A stretch of DNA of 64,000 nt from an uncultured Lachnospiraceae bacterium (GTDB lineage Bacteria > Bacillota > Clostridia > Lachnospirales > Lachnospiraceae): positions 1,005 through 65,004 of the forward strand of contig URQQ01000021.1 in assembly GCA_900549995.1 (NCBI GenBank), in the 5' to 3' direction. This document shows, piece after piece, positions 55,549 through 64,000 of this stretch. A program made the translations under genes and the position numbers. The stretch's first letter is position 1; each line of letters opens with the position of its first letter. A model generated the notes under the pieces. The model was not told the origin of the DNA, ran no database searches, and saw nothing but the letters and a program-made list of their open reading frames with translations.

Positions 55549-57501
55549 TTACTGTTCCAATGCCTCATATACCCGGAGGATCTCTCCAACACTCCATGCC
55601 TGCGCATAACATCCTCTCGATGATGTAGGGTTAAGCCCGTCATAGATTTCCGGCAGCTGGCCCACGCATCCTTCCCTGAGTGCGCCCTCCATCACTTCCA
55701 GCTGTCTCTTTACAATGTTCTTTGCTTTTTCACTGTACTCATTTACTTTCAGGTAAGCCAGGTAATACCCTCCAAGCGGGAAGACCCAGACCGTGCCCTG
55801 ATGATACGCCAGATCTCTTTTTAACTGCTCTCCACCGTATGTACCATGGAATTCCTCATCTGCCGGTTCCAGCGTCCGAAGTCCGTATGGCGTATACAAT
55901 TTTTCAAACACCGCCGACACCACCTGCTTTTCTTTGTCTCTGTCAAGCATCGTAAACGGCATCGATACCGCCCAGATTTGATTACAGCGGAACTGCGTAT
56001 CTGCCTTCGTTCCTGAAATGACATCCCGGAGATATTGTTTCTCTTCTATCCAGAATTTCTCTCTGAAAGAGCGCTTCACCCGTCTGGCTGTCTCCTTGTA
56101 AACCTCCCCGTTTTCCCCCATGAGCAGGGCAAACTTTTCCATACAGCAGAGCGCGTTATACCAGTAGGCGTTGATCTCCACAGGTTTCCCATGTCTCGGT
56201 GTGGGCAGAATCTCTCCGACTCTCACGTCCATCCAGGTCACCTGGTCATATCCTTTGCCCGCCATGATCAGGCCATCCTGATCCATATGAATCCCGTAAT
56301 CTGTCCCTTTCCTATACCAGTCAACGATCTCTTTCATCACCGGATATGCCTCGTTTACAAATGCCTCATCTTCTGTTTTTTCGTAATAGAGATATACACT
56401 GTTGATGAACAAAAGCGCGGCATCCACTGTATTATAAGCCGGTTCATTGCCCCCTTCCGGGAAAAGATTCGGCATCAGGCCTTTTCGTTCATTTGCCATA
56501 AATGTCCTGAGAATCCGTTTTGCTGTCTCGTACTGCTTTGTGGAAATACAGCACCCGGGAAGTGCAATCATCGTATCCCGTCCCCAGTCTTCAAAAAACG
56601 GATATCCCGCAAGGATGGTATCTCCTCCCGTAGACTCTCTTTCTGAGATGAACTGCATCGCGCTTTTTGCCAGCACCGAAGCGGCAGGATTTTTAAATCC
56701 GGCCTTTTCTTCTGCAGCTTTCCGGATTCGTTTCATCTCCCGTAGGATCGTCTCTGCGCTGTCCGTTTCCGGCTCCATGGAATAGATGATCTCCAGACAT
56801 CCCTGGGCACCTGCCGGAACCGTCTCTGTGATCTCATGGTTTGATACCGCCTTCCCGTGTTCTCTCCGCCCGTCGCAGGCATCGTAAGCATAGTAATATG
56901 ATTCCTCCTGCGTCTCTGTCTCTGTCACTTTGCCTGTCGTACGGAAATAAAGGTTTTGATCCCCGGAAGCAATCGTATCGTAAGTCAGGCCGTCTCCAAT
57001 CAGCTGGAACGTTTTCCCTTCCTCAAGATCATCCCCCTTCTTTACAAACTGAAAGAAAGGAACGACCCGGACCGTGCAATCTTTATCACTGTCATTTCTG
57101 ATACAATAACTGACCGCAACTGTATTGCCCTTCTGCTTCATACCGATTCGTTTCTTTATTTCAACTCCCCGGATCTGATACATCCATCTCGGATAGTCTT
57201 CAAATGTAAAGGAGGACAGATTCAAAAATCCATTCTCGCTCTCTTTCCCATCCGCAAATTCCTGGCTGGAAATAAAAAATTGTTCCCCCTCGATTTCCAG
57301 TGACTCCGAAAGTCGGTGAACCATATTATATCTGAGGTTTGGGGCTTTTAAGGATGCCATCAGAAGTGCATGGTCGTTCCTTGCATTCGATCCGATGACC
57401 GTCGCTCCAGAGAAGCCGCCAAGCCCATTGGTCAGAAGATAACAGTTCTCCTGCCCTCTCTCCATTGTTTTAAACTCCTGTCTTCCATAGATAAATCTCA
57501 T
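55549..57501 (-). CDS. glycogen debranching enzyme, amylo-alpha-1,6-glucosidase (GDE_C, 'archaeal-type') family
   Basis: 650 aa. N-terminal '[26 protein letters not shown]' and an (alpha/alpha)6-type C-terminal half ending '[13 protein letters not shown]'. Confidence 0.8.
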   Translation of the reverse strand: MRFIYGRQEFKTMERGQENCYLLTNGLGGFSGATVIGSNARNDHALLMASLKAPNLRYNMVHRLSESLEIEGEQFFISSQEFADGKESENGFLNLSSFTFEDYPRWMYQIRGVEIKKRIGMKQKGNTVAVSYCIRNDSDKDCTVRVVPFFQFVKKGDDLEEGKTFQLIGDGLTYDTIASGDQNLYFRTTGKVTETETQEESYYYAYDACDGRREHGKAVSNHEITETVPAGAQGCLEIIYSMEPETDSAETILREMKRIRKAAEEKAGFKNPAASVLAKSAMQFISERESTGGDTILAGYPFFEDWGRDTMIALPGCCISTKQYETAKRILRTFMANERKGLMPNLFPEGGNEPAYNTVDAALLFINSVYLYYEKTEDEAFVNEAYPVMKEIVDWYRKGTDYGIHMDQDGLIMAGKGYDQVTWMDVRVGEILPTPRHGKPVEINAYWYNALCCMEKFALLMGENGEVYKETARRVKRSFREKFWIEEKQYLRDVISGTKADTQFRCNQIWAVSMPFTMLDRDKEKQVVSAVFEKLYTPYGLRTLEPADEEFHGTYGGEQLKRDLAYHQGTVWVFPLGGYYLAYLKVNEYSEKAKNIVKRQLEVMEGALREGCVGQLPEIYDGLNPTSSRGCYAQAWSVGEILRVYEALEQ

Positions 57502-57515
57502 CGCTTTCCTCCACC

Positions 57516-59480
57516 TTACTTTCTGCCAAGCATCACAAATGCTTTCCCTGGCAGTTCATATATCCTGCCTGCCACGGCCTCACAGCGGTAACGGTCTGCC
57601 TTTTCGCTGTCAGAAAGAATCTCCCATTCTCCTTTGGGAAGCTTTAAAGCCACGGGCGTTTCGTTTGCATTATAGGCAATATATAACTGTTCCCATGTTT
57701 CCCTGCCCTGATCACTTTGGTTATCCACGCAAAAGCTTACACATCCTTTTGCTTCCTGCCTCTTTCTCGTGATTCTTGACTTTGCCCGGTCCGATTTATC
57801 ACAGAGGCCAGGCAGCTTCTTCCTGAGACAGAGAAGATCCTGATAGTACTTCACGATATCTGCATTTTCATAAGCCCTCTCCCAGTCCAGCCTGTTGATC
57901 TCAACCGGAGACTGGAAACTGTCTTCAATCCCATCCTTCGTCCTTAAAAATTCTTCTCCGGACAGCATGAATAACGTTCCCTGACTCGTCAGACAGATTG
58001 CTGCCGCAAGCTTATATGCCCGGACAATCTGCTCCTGCCTGAGGTGATAATTTCTCTTCGGATCCATCGTATCCACCAGTTTATCCCACAGCGTCAGATT
58101 GTCATGGGAGGATAAATATGTGATAATCTGCGAAGGTGCTTTCGCCCACAATGTATTATTCCTGTCACACCACGCACCGGCCGCATGCAGAATGGATGCC
58201 TCAAAGCCACTTCCGCCATTGACAAATCCCGGGACATCCGCCTCAAAAATATGTCCTTTGACCGCGTCTCTCGTACAATCACAGAAGATGCCGATTCCTG
58301 AATCCAATTCCCTTAGATTGCCCTTAAGTGCAGGGATATGCGCCCCTTCCATCGGAGACGCTCCCGCTGCCCACGGTTCCCCGAATACCAGTTTTTCATC
58401 CTTGCCAAACCGTTGATCCAGTTCTCTTCTGATCCGGTTCATGAGTCCCACATCCAGAAGCCCCATCAGATCAAACCGAAATCCATCCATATGGTATTCT
58501 TCCGCCCAGTACAACACGGAATCCAGGATGTACCGCCCGCACATACTCCGCTCACTTGCCACATCATTGCCGCACCCGGAACCATCTGACAGACTGCCGT
58601 CTTCATTCTGACGGTAATAATACCACGGCACAGTTCTCTGGAACCAGGAATCTGCACAGTAAGTATGGTTATATACAACATCCATGATCACACGAAACCC
58701 ATGACGGTGGAGTGACTGGATCATCTCCTTCATCTCACGGATTCTGACTTCTCCATGCCAGGGATCCAGGGAATAGGACCCCTCCGGCACATTGTAATTG
58801 ACCGGATCATAACCCCAGTTAAATTCCCGTCCCGTCCCGGCTTCATTGACAGACCCATAATCATAGGAAGGCATCAACTGTATATGAGTGACTCCCAGTT
58901 TCTTAAGATAGGAAAGGCCCGTCGGATGAATGCCATCCTGATGAAGCGTCGTGTTGTCACAAAGAAATGCCGCATACTTCCCGCGGACTTCCTCCGGAAA
59001 TCCCCCGGACGGATCATCGGAGAATTCCTTTACATGAACTTCGTAAATGATCTGCTCTGATTCTTTAAAAGGGGGTATATCCATCTCCCAGCCATCGGGA
59101 TTCGTAAGCGCAAGATCCACTACCATACTCCTTGCGCTGTTTACCCCGCAGGCTTTCGCGCAGGGATCCGCCGTCCTCCTGATCCTCCCGTTCACGCAGA
59201 TGTCATAGTCATAATAAACTCCGCACAGATCTCCCTTAGCGGCAGTTTCCCAGACTCCTTTTTCTTTCTTCTCCAATTTAAATTTCCTGAAAACCAAAGA
59301 CTTCTCCCCATCGTGATAGAGATTCAGCGTAATTGACTCGGCAAACGGGCTCCACACACGGAATTTTGTCCCATCCTTCGCATACTCTGCACCGAGTGGA
59401 CCATCATAATGGTATTCTTTTTCAAATTCCTCACTGGAATAAACTGCTTTCAGTTCTTTTGCTGTCATTAATTTCATCAT
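57516..59480 (-). CDS. pulA: type I pullulanase (GH13 with CBM48), cytoplasmic
   Basis: 654 aa with no signal peptide. 'FRVWSP' CBM48 region and GH13 regions 'VIMDVVYNHT', 'GFRFDLMG', 'VFGEPW', 'YLSSHDN'. Confidence 0.88.
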   Translation of the reverse strand: MMKLMTAKELKAVYSSEEFEKEYHYDGPLGAEYAKDGTKFRVWSPFAESITLNLYHDGEKSLVFRKFKLEKKEKGVWETAAKGDLCGVYYDYDICVNGRIRRTADPCAKACGVNSARSMVVDLALTNPDGWEMDIPPFKESEQIIYEVHVKEFSDDPSGGFPEEVRGKYAAFLCDNTTLHQDGIHPTGLSYLKKLGVTHIQLMPSYDYGSVNEAGTGREFNWGYDPVNYNVPEGSYSLDPWHGEVRIREMKEMIQSLHRHGFRVIMDVVYNHTYCADSWFQRTVPWYYYRQNEDGSLSDGSGCGNDVASERSMCGRYILDSVLYWAEEYHMDGFRFDLMGLLDVGLMNRIRRELDQRFGKDEKLVFGEPWAAGASPMEGAHIPALKGNLRELDSGIGIFCDCTRDAVKGHIFEADVPGFVNGGSGFEASILHAAGAWCDRNNTLWAKAPSQIITYLSSHDNLTLWDKLVDTMDPKRNYHLRQEQIVRAYKLAAAICLTSQGTLFMLSGEEFLRTKDGIEDSFQSPVEINRLDWERAYENADIVKYYQDLLCLRKKLPGLCDKSDRAKSRITRKRQEAKGCVSFCVDNQSDQGRETWEQLYIAYNANETPVALKLPKGEWEILSDSEKADRYRCEAVAGRIYELPGKAFVMLGRK

Positions 59481-59482
59481 GG

Positions 59483-60355
59483 TTATCCCTTTACTGCTCC
59501 TGATATTCCGTCAACATAGAAACTCTGCATGCAGAGGAAGAGAATGGCAATCGGTATGGAAATGAGCACTGCCCCTGCGGCAAAACTCGTATACCAGCTG
59601 TCAATGTACTCCTTCTCCAGCATTTTCCACAGCCCGATCGCAATCGTAAACTGATCCGAATTGGCACGGCAGATAACTTTCGCGAAGATAAAGTCGAGCC
59701 ACGGAGCCATAAAAGACGTCAGTACTGTATAGATAATGATCGGTTTGCTAAGCGGCAGCGTGATTCTTGAAAAGATCTGCCATCTTGTACAGCCATCGAT
59801 CAGAGCCGCCTCGTCAATGGCTCTCGGGATCGTGTCAAAGAACCCTTTTGCAATCTGGAAGGTCAGTCCTGCACCTCCGGAGTAACAGAGAATCAAAGCC
59901 AGGCGGATCAGTGACCCTTCTGTAAGCCCCAGCGCCTTCAAAATGAAATACACGGCGATCATTGACATGAAGCTTGGAAAAAGTCCCAGTACCATCGCCA
60001 TATTCATGTATGGTTTCCTCATTTTGAATTTCATCCTCGAAAGGCAGTAGGATACTGCCAGCACATAAAATGTCGCAAGCAGGCAGGAACATACTGCGAT
60101 GATCAGAGTATTCATGAACATCCTCGGGAAATTCAGAATTGACGTATCGCTGAACAATCTCGCATAGTTATCCAGTGTGAATGCTTTTGGGAAAAATGTA
60201 GATACATAAGATCCCCTCTCCGCACGGAAGCTGGTCAGGATGACCCAGATGATCGGAAATACCCAGATCACTGCCAGAACCGCCAGAACTGTATGTACCG
60301 CTATATTATTTACTGTGCGAACTCTCTTCGCTGATCTTGTTCTTTTTGAAGCCAT
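59483..60355 (-). CDS. maltodextrin ABC transporter permease (MalG-like)
   Basis: 290 aa, 6 TM, EAA loop 'DEAALIDGCTRWQIFSRITLP'. Confidence 0.88.
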   Translation of the reverse strand: MASKRTRSAKRVRTVNNIAVHTVLAVLAVIWVFPIIWVILTSFRAERGSYVSTFFPKAFTLDNYARLFSDTSILNFPRMFMNTLIIAVCSCLLATFYVLAVSYCLSRMKFKMRKPYMNMAMVLGLFPSFMSMIAVYFILKALGLTEGSLIRLALILCYSGGAGLTFQIAKGFFDTIPRAIDEAALIDGCTRWQIFSRITLPLSKPIIIYTVLTSFMAPWLDFIFAKVICRANSDQFTIAIGLWKMLEKEYIDSWYTSFAAGAVLISIPIAILFLCMQSFYVDGISGAVKG

Positions 60356-60357
60356 CT

Positions 60358-61737
60358 CTAAAATGCCTCCTCATCTTTATAGGATTTGCTGTTGCGGTAT
60401 GTCAGAAGTGCCCCCACCGCAAGGATCATAAATGTCAGAATACCAATGACTGCACCAATGTTGTAATACTGCTTATCAATGGTCAGTTTGTAGAGCCATG
60501 TGACAAGCAGGTCCGTGCTTCCTGCCGTCGAGGACAGGTCTGTCACCGGATCTCCTGTTGAAAGCAGGTAGATGACATTAAAGTTATTGACATTTCCCGT
60601 AAATGTGGCAATCAGATACGGCGTTGTCACATACAGCATATACGGCAATGTAATTTTAAAGAAAATCTGCACCGGATTGGCTCCGTCCACTCTCGCCGCC
60701 TCATAGAGGTCCGCCGGGATATTCTGAAGTACACCGGTCAGCTGTAACAGCGTGTACGGAACACCGACCCAGATATTGATGACAATGACTGTCACCCTCG
60801 CCCACATGGGGTTCGTGAAAAATGGAAGGCTTGCATCCGACGCAATCATACCGGCATTGCGCAGAAGGACATTGACGGCACCATTTGGCTGAAGCATCGT
60901 CCTCATGATGAGCAGAGAGACGAACATCGGCACCGCACAGGAAAGCACAAAACAAAATCTCCAGAATCCTTTCGCTTTCGTGTCTTTCCGGTTGATTGCA
61001 ATCGCCAGAATCATTCCAAAGATGTAGTTGCTGAATGTTGCAAAGAATGCCCACACAAGGGTCCAGCCAAGAACAGACCAGAACGTGCTTCCCAGAATAC
61101 TTCCGGAATCAAACAGCGTCTTGAAATTGTCAAATCCCACCCAGTCGAATAACAGAAGGTGATTATCTATCTTGCTGTAATTGGTGAACGCCATACAGAT
61201 CATGAAAATCAGCGGCAGAACCGTCAACCCGAAAATGAAGGTCACCGGAGGTGTCATGAAAAGTCTGTACAGGTTTTCATGAAGAAGGCTCTTTAAATCT
61301 TCTGCAAATGTATTCACATGCTTTCCTTCTTTATGAAGACATTCCGCTTTGTATGCACTTTTCAGTGCTCCCCGCCACGCGCAGACCATAAGCACTGTCA
61401 GAAAAATCACCGCCACACCATACAGCATGATAATGATGGACTGGTCTCCCTGGGTATAGAGATAAACCTGCTGCGCCTCATCCCACACTTCTTTCTGCGG
61501 TATACTCCCAAGTGTTCCAAACATCCGGATACAGTCAATCCCAGCCACCGCCATGAACACAAGATAGGCCACTTCAATGGCAAGATAAATCAGCCCTTTG
61601 ATCACCTGTTTATGTACGATATTGCCAAGCCCCATCAACACCATAGAAAGTTTTGTCTCAAGCCCGCCATTTCTGACTGCTGCCATGCAGGTATATGGTG
61701 TCGGAAAATCATTTACCTTTTTCTTAAATATTCCCAT
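60358..61737 (-). CDS. maltodextrin ABC transporter permease (MalF-like, extended N-terminus)
   Basis: About 459 aa, 8 TM, EAA loop 'YEAARVDGANPVQIFFKITLP'. Start at ATG 61737 behind GAGGTGGGAG. Confidence 0.88.
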   Translation of the reverse strand: MGIFKKKVNDFPTPYTCMAAVRNGGLETKLSMVLMGLGNIVHKQVIKGLIYLAIEVAYLVFMAVAGIDCIRMFGTLGSIPQKEVWDEAQQVYLYTQGDQSIIIMLYGVAVIFLTVLMVCAWRGALKSAYKAECLHKEGKHVNTFAEDLKSLLHENLYRLFMTPPVTFIFGLTVLPLIFMICMAFTNYSKIDNHLLLFDWVGFDNFKTLFDSGSILGSTFWSVLGWTLVWAFFATFSNYIFGMILAIAINRKDTKAKGFWRFCFVLSCAVPMFVSLLIMRTMLQPNGAVNVLLRNAGMIASDASLPFFTNPMWARVTVIVINIWVGVPYTLLQLTGVLQNIPADLYEAARVDGANPVQIFFKITLPYMLYVTTPYLIATFTGNVNNFNVIYLLSTGDPVTDLSSTAGSTDLLVTWLYKLTIDKQYYNIGAVIGILTFMILAVGALLTYRNSKSYKDEEAF

Positions 61738-61756
61738 CGTATCTCTCCCACCTCTA

Positions 61757-62992
61757 TCAGATTCCATCATTGTTCATCGCCTGGTTCATTGCCTCTGTCT
61801 GTTCCTTCGCATTTTCATGGGTCACACTTTTGTTGCGGATTCCTTTTCCCATGTTCTCAACCGGCACCCAGCAGTTATTCATCTTCGACACAAACGGCTG
61901 CAGGATGGATGTTCTTTCAAATGTATCATTCTGCGCAGCAACGAGCATATCTTCTGCAATGTCTTTGTTCTTTAAAAGTTCTGTATTACACGGCACTACA
62001 TTTCGAAGTTCATAGTGAAGTTCCTGCGCCTCGGCACTTCCAAGATAAACTGCAAGTTCCACCGCCGGCACCATATATTTTGTATTCGGGTTGACCCCGA
62101 TCGCTTTCGTGCCTGCATAAGATTTCATCTGCTTTTCCTCACCGTCTAATGTATAGGAAGGAAGTGCCGCAACACCCATGTTATCACCGAGAATTTCTTT
62201 CACTGACTCTGCATCCCAGGATCCTGAAAATATCGCATGGATGCTGCCGTCGCGAAGTCCGGCCATCCCGGAGCCGTCCGCATCTACTTTTACATTCGGA
62301 TTTGCCATGAGGTCAATCAGATACTCCGTGACTGCCACCGCATTGTCTCCGCCAAAATCTACACCGGCCGATTCATCCGTTCCGTCACCGAACAGCGTAC
62401 ATCCATTCCCGATATAGAACGCCGGAAGATACCAGGAATTGGTAAATGGAAACGCAATCGTGCTTTTCGAGACCATCGTATCCAGATTTTTTATATCATC
62501 TTCTGAGAACACACTTTTGTCATAATACATGTACCATGTATTCGTTGTGAAAGGTACGCCATAGGCATCACCCTCTATCGTCACTGAATTCAGAACTTCC
62601 TCTGAGTTGGTCGCCTTCAGTTCTTCTTCGTATTTTCCGCCGAACTTTGCAAGCCCGCTGGCATCGGTCATAATGGTGATCGTATCATTTGCATACATGA
62701 ATACGTCTGCACTTGCCTGCGGATCCTGTGCCACCTGATTTGCCGCCGTCGCCTCATCCGCCACACCGTAGACAAATGTGATATCCCATTCAGGATGTGC
62801 TTTGGCAAACTTTTCACAGCTGGTCTGCAGCCATTCTCCGCTGTCTTTCGACTGGTCTTCCGAAGGTGACCATACCATCAGCCGCACTTTCTCCCGCGCT
62901 TCTCCTCCTTCTCCAGAAGAAGTTTTTCCGCATCCGGCACATACCGATGCCGCAAGTACTCCTGCTATCAATAACGATAATCCTCTTTTCAT
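61757..62992 (-). CDS. maltodextrin-binding lipoprotein (MalE-like SBP)
   Basis: 411 aa. Lipobox 'SVCAGCGK' and family 1 SBP character. First gene of the mal operon. Confidence 0.85.
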   Translation of the reverse strand: MKRGLSLLIAGVLAASVCAGCGKTSSGEGGEAREKVRLMVWSPSEDQSKDSGEWLQTSCEKFAKAHPEWDITFVYGVADEATAANQVAQDPQASADVFMYANDTITIMTDASGLAKFGGKYEEELKATNSEEVLNSVTIEGDAYGVPFTTNTWYMYYDKSVFSEDDIKNLDTMVSKSTIAFPFTNSWYLPAFYIGNGCTLFGDGTDESAGVDFGGDNAVAVTEYLIDLMANPNVKVDADGSGMAGLRDGSIHAIFSGSWDAESVKEILGDNMGVAALPSYTLDGEEKQMKSYAGTKAIGVNPNTKYMVPAVELAVYLGSAEAQELHYELRNVVPCNTELLKNKDIAEDMLVAAQNDTFERTSILQPFVSKMNNCWVPVENMGKGIRNKSVTHENAKEQTEAMNQAMNNDGI

Positions 62993-63187
62993 TGCACCTA
63001 ACGTCCTCTCTGTTTCTATAAAAGTTTCGTATTGTTTCGTATGTTCCTATCATACATTTGATTTTTCTCCCCGTCAAGCACTTTTCTCTGTTTTTCCCCA
63101 AACTTTCTTGATTTCACTGTTCGGTTACTATATAATAAAAGCAGATGGCGTCCAGTCATCAGAATCATATCCGGATAGGAGAATACT

Positions 63188-64000
63188 ATGGCAACAATTT
63201 TAGATATCGCTGAAAAACTGGGGATTTCAAAGGGTACCGTCTCCAAGGCACTCAACGGCGCCCCTGACATCAGCGAAACTTTACGAAAATCAGTTTTAGA
63301 AACCGCAGTGGAACTTGGGTACACAAAAATGCGCAGAAAAAAAGATGTTCAGAAGAAACTCTGTGTCCTTGTAGAAAACATGGATTACACGGACCCGAAC
63401 CATTTCGGATATGATCTGATCATTGGTTTCCGGAAGATGGCAGAACCTGCCGGATATTTGGTCGATGTAATTCCCGTCAATGCAAAAATGCAGAAAAATA
63501 TTTCCTACGACGTATTTATGCTTGAAAATGACTATCTTGGTTCCTTTATTCTGGGGCTCTCACTCAACGATCCATGGATCAATGACTTAAGGACAAGCCA
63601 CACTCCGGCTGTTCTCTACGATAACTATATCAGCGCCAATCCCTCGGTTTCATACATCGGGATTGATAATCAGGAGGGTATGGATCTCGCCGTCTCTTAT
63701 CTGAAAAGTCTTGGCCACAAGAAAATCGGTTATTTGAGCGGTGCCCTGGGTTCCCATGTCCACCAGGTCAGGCATAAGGCATTCTTCAACGCATTAAAAC
63801 AATATGGGCTGAAATCAGATCCCCAGTTCGCCGGATGCTCCTACTATGTCGCCGAATGTATCCAAAAACACCTTCCCCGCCTGTTAAGCCTCGGCATCAC
63901 AGCAATCATCTGCAGCCATGACCTGCTCGCCAATGCCGCGCTTGTCCAGTGCCAGGAGCTCGGATACCACATCCCGGACGATGTCAGCATTGTAGGATTT
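63188..64000 (+). CDS. LacI-family transcriptional regulator (probable maltose/maltodextrin regulator), 3' end beyond window
   Basis: Not in the track (open at the window edge). Hand translation from ATG 63188 (RBS GGATAGGAG) gives MATILDIAEKLGISKGTVSKALNGAPDISETLRKSVLETAVELGY..., a LacI HTH followed by a periplasmic-binding-fold core. The frame is open for 271 codons to position 64000. Confidence 0.85.
   Translation, partial: MATILDIAEKLGISKGTVSKALNGAPDISETLRKSVLETAVELGYTKMRRKKDVQKKLCVLVENMDYTDPNHFGYDLIIGFRKMAEPAGYLVDVIPVNAKMQKNISYDVFMLENDYLGSFILGLSLNDPWINDLRTSHTPAVLYDNYISANPSVSYIGIDNQEGMDLAVSYLKSLGHKKIGYLSGALGSHVHQVRHKAFFNALKQYGLKSDPQFAGCSYYVAECIQKHLPRLLSLGITAIICSHDLLANAALVQCQELGYHIPDDVSIVGF

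Noticed and set aside
1-64000. Search for CRISPR arrays, tRNA/rRNA genes, IS elements, integrases and prophage modules
   Set aside because: Every gap longer than 120 bp was read by eye. None contains spaced direct repeats, tRNA-like cloverleaf ends or transposase or integrase fragments. The only compositional outlier is the 48.5-49.9 kb islet, reported as a finding.

Overview
A 64-kb, densely coding chromosomal segment. Gene content and GGAGG-type ribosome-binding sites suggest an anaerobic gut Firmicute (Clostridia/Lachnospiraceae-like), but that is inference only. I support about 60 protein genes, mostly on the minus strand. I found no rRNA, tRNA, CRISPR array, IS/transposase, integrase or prophage genes.

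Blocks, left to right:
1. A complete sialic-acid/GlcNAc catabolic operon: nanE-nanA-SSS transporter-yhcH-nanK-rpiR-nagB-nagA.
2. Two membrane proteins.
3. A cassette of cysteine desulfurase, double-cubane-type (HgdB/HAD-family) reductase, DUF3343 and an HgdC-like ATPase. It lies directly downstream of ecfA1-ecfA2-ecfT-truA.
4. A DMT transporter and a cyclophilin.
5. A tetR-DMT-GGDEF-membrane protein-papain-like gene string.
6. An orphan sugar ABC uptake operon.
7. nrdD (with a fused C-terminal thioredoxin-fold domain) behind tandem NrdR boxes, then nrdG and topB.
8. A uracil permease, an unusual GC-rich palindromic convergent intergenic region and a D-2-hydroxyacid dehydrogenase.
9. An HD-domain gene coupled to a BceRS/BceAB-type peptide-antibiotic sensing and detoxification module.
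10. An AlbA_2/HATPase_c_4 protein.
11. A glycyl-radical enzyme and its activase, probably of the hydroxyproline-dehydratase type.
12. A beta-lactamase-fold protein with degenerate catalytic motifs fused to DUF302, next to a rhodanese lipoprotein.
13. A ~1.4-kb AT-rich, opposite-strand islet encoding an unrecognisable secreted protein.
14. A 13-kb cytoplasmic maltodextrin/glycogen operon (malEFG, pullulanase, GDE-type debrancher, glgP, malQ, GH13) with a divergent LacI regulator.

I cannot demonstrate a clear new system from sequence alone. The candidates most worth follow-up are the csd/DCCP/DUF3343/activator cassette, the AT-rich islet, the pseudo-beta-lactamase-DUF302/rhodanese pair, the CATG-dense structured intergenic region at 35.0-35.3 kb, and the nested palindrome at 33.6-33.8 kb.

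Start codons were refined by eye from RBS position. The supplied track sometimes begins at TTG/GTG codons upstream of the likely ATG. Family assignments rest on motif recognition, not on searches.
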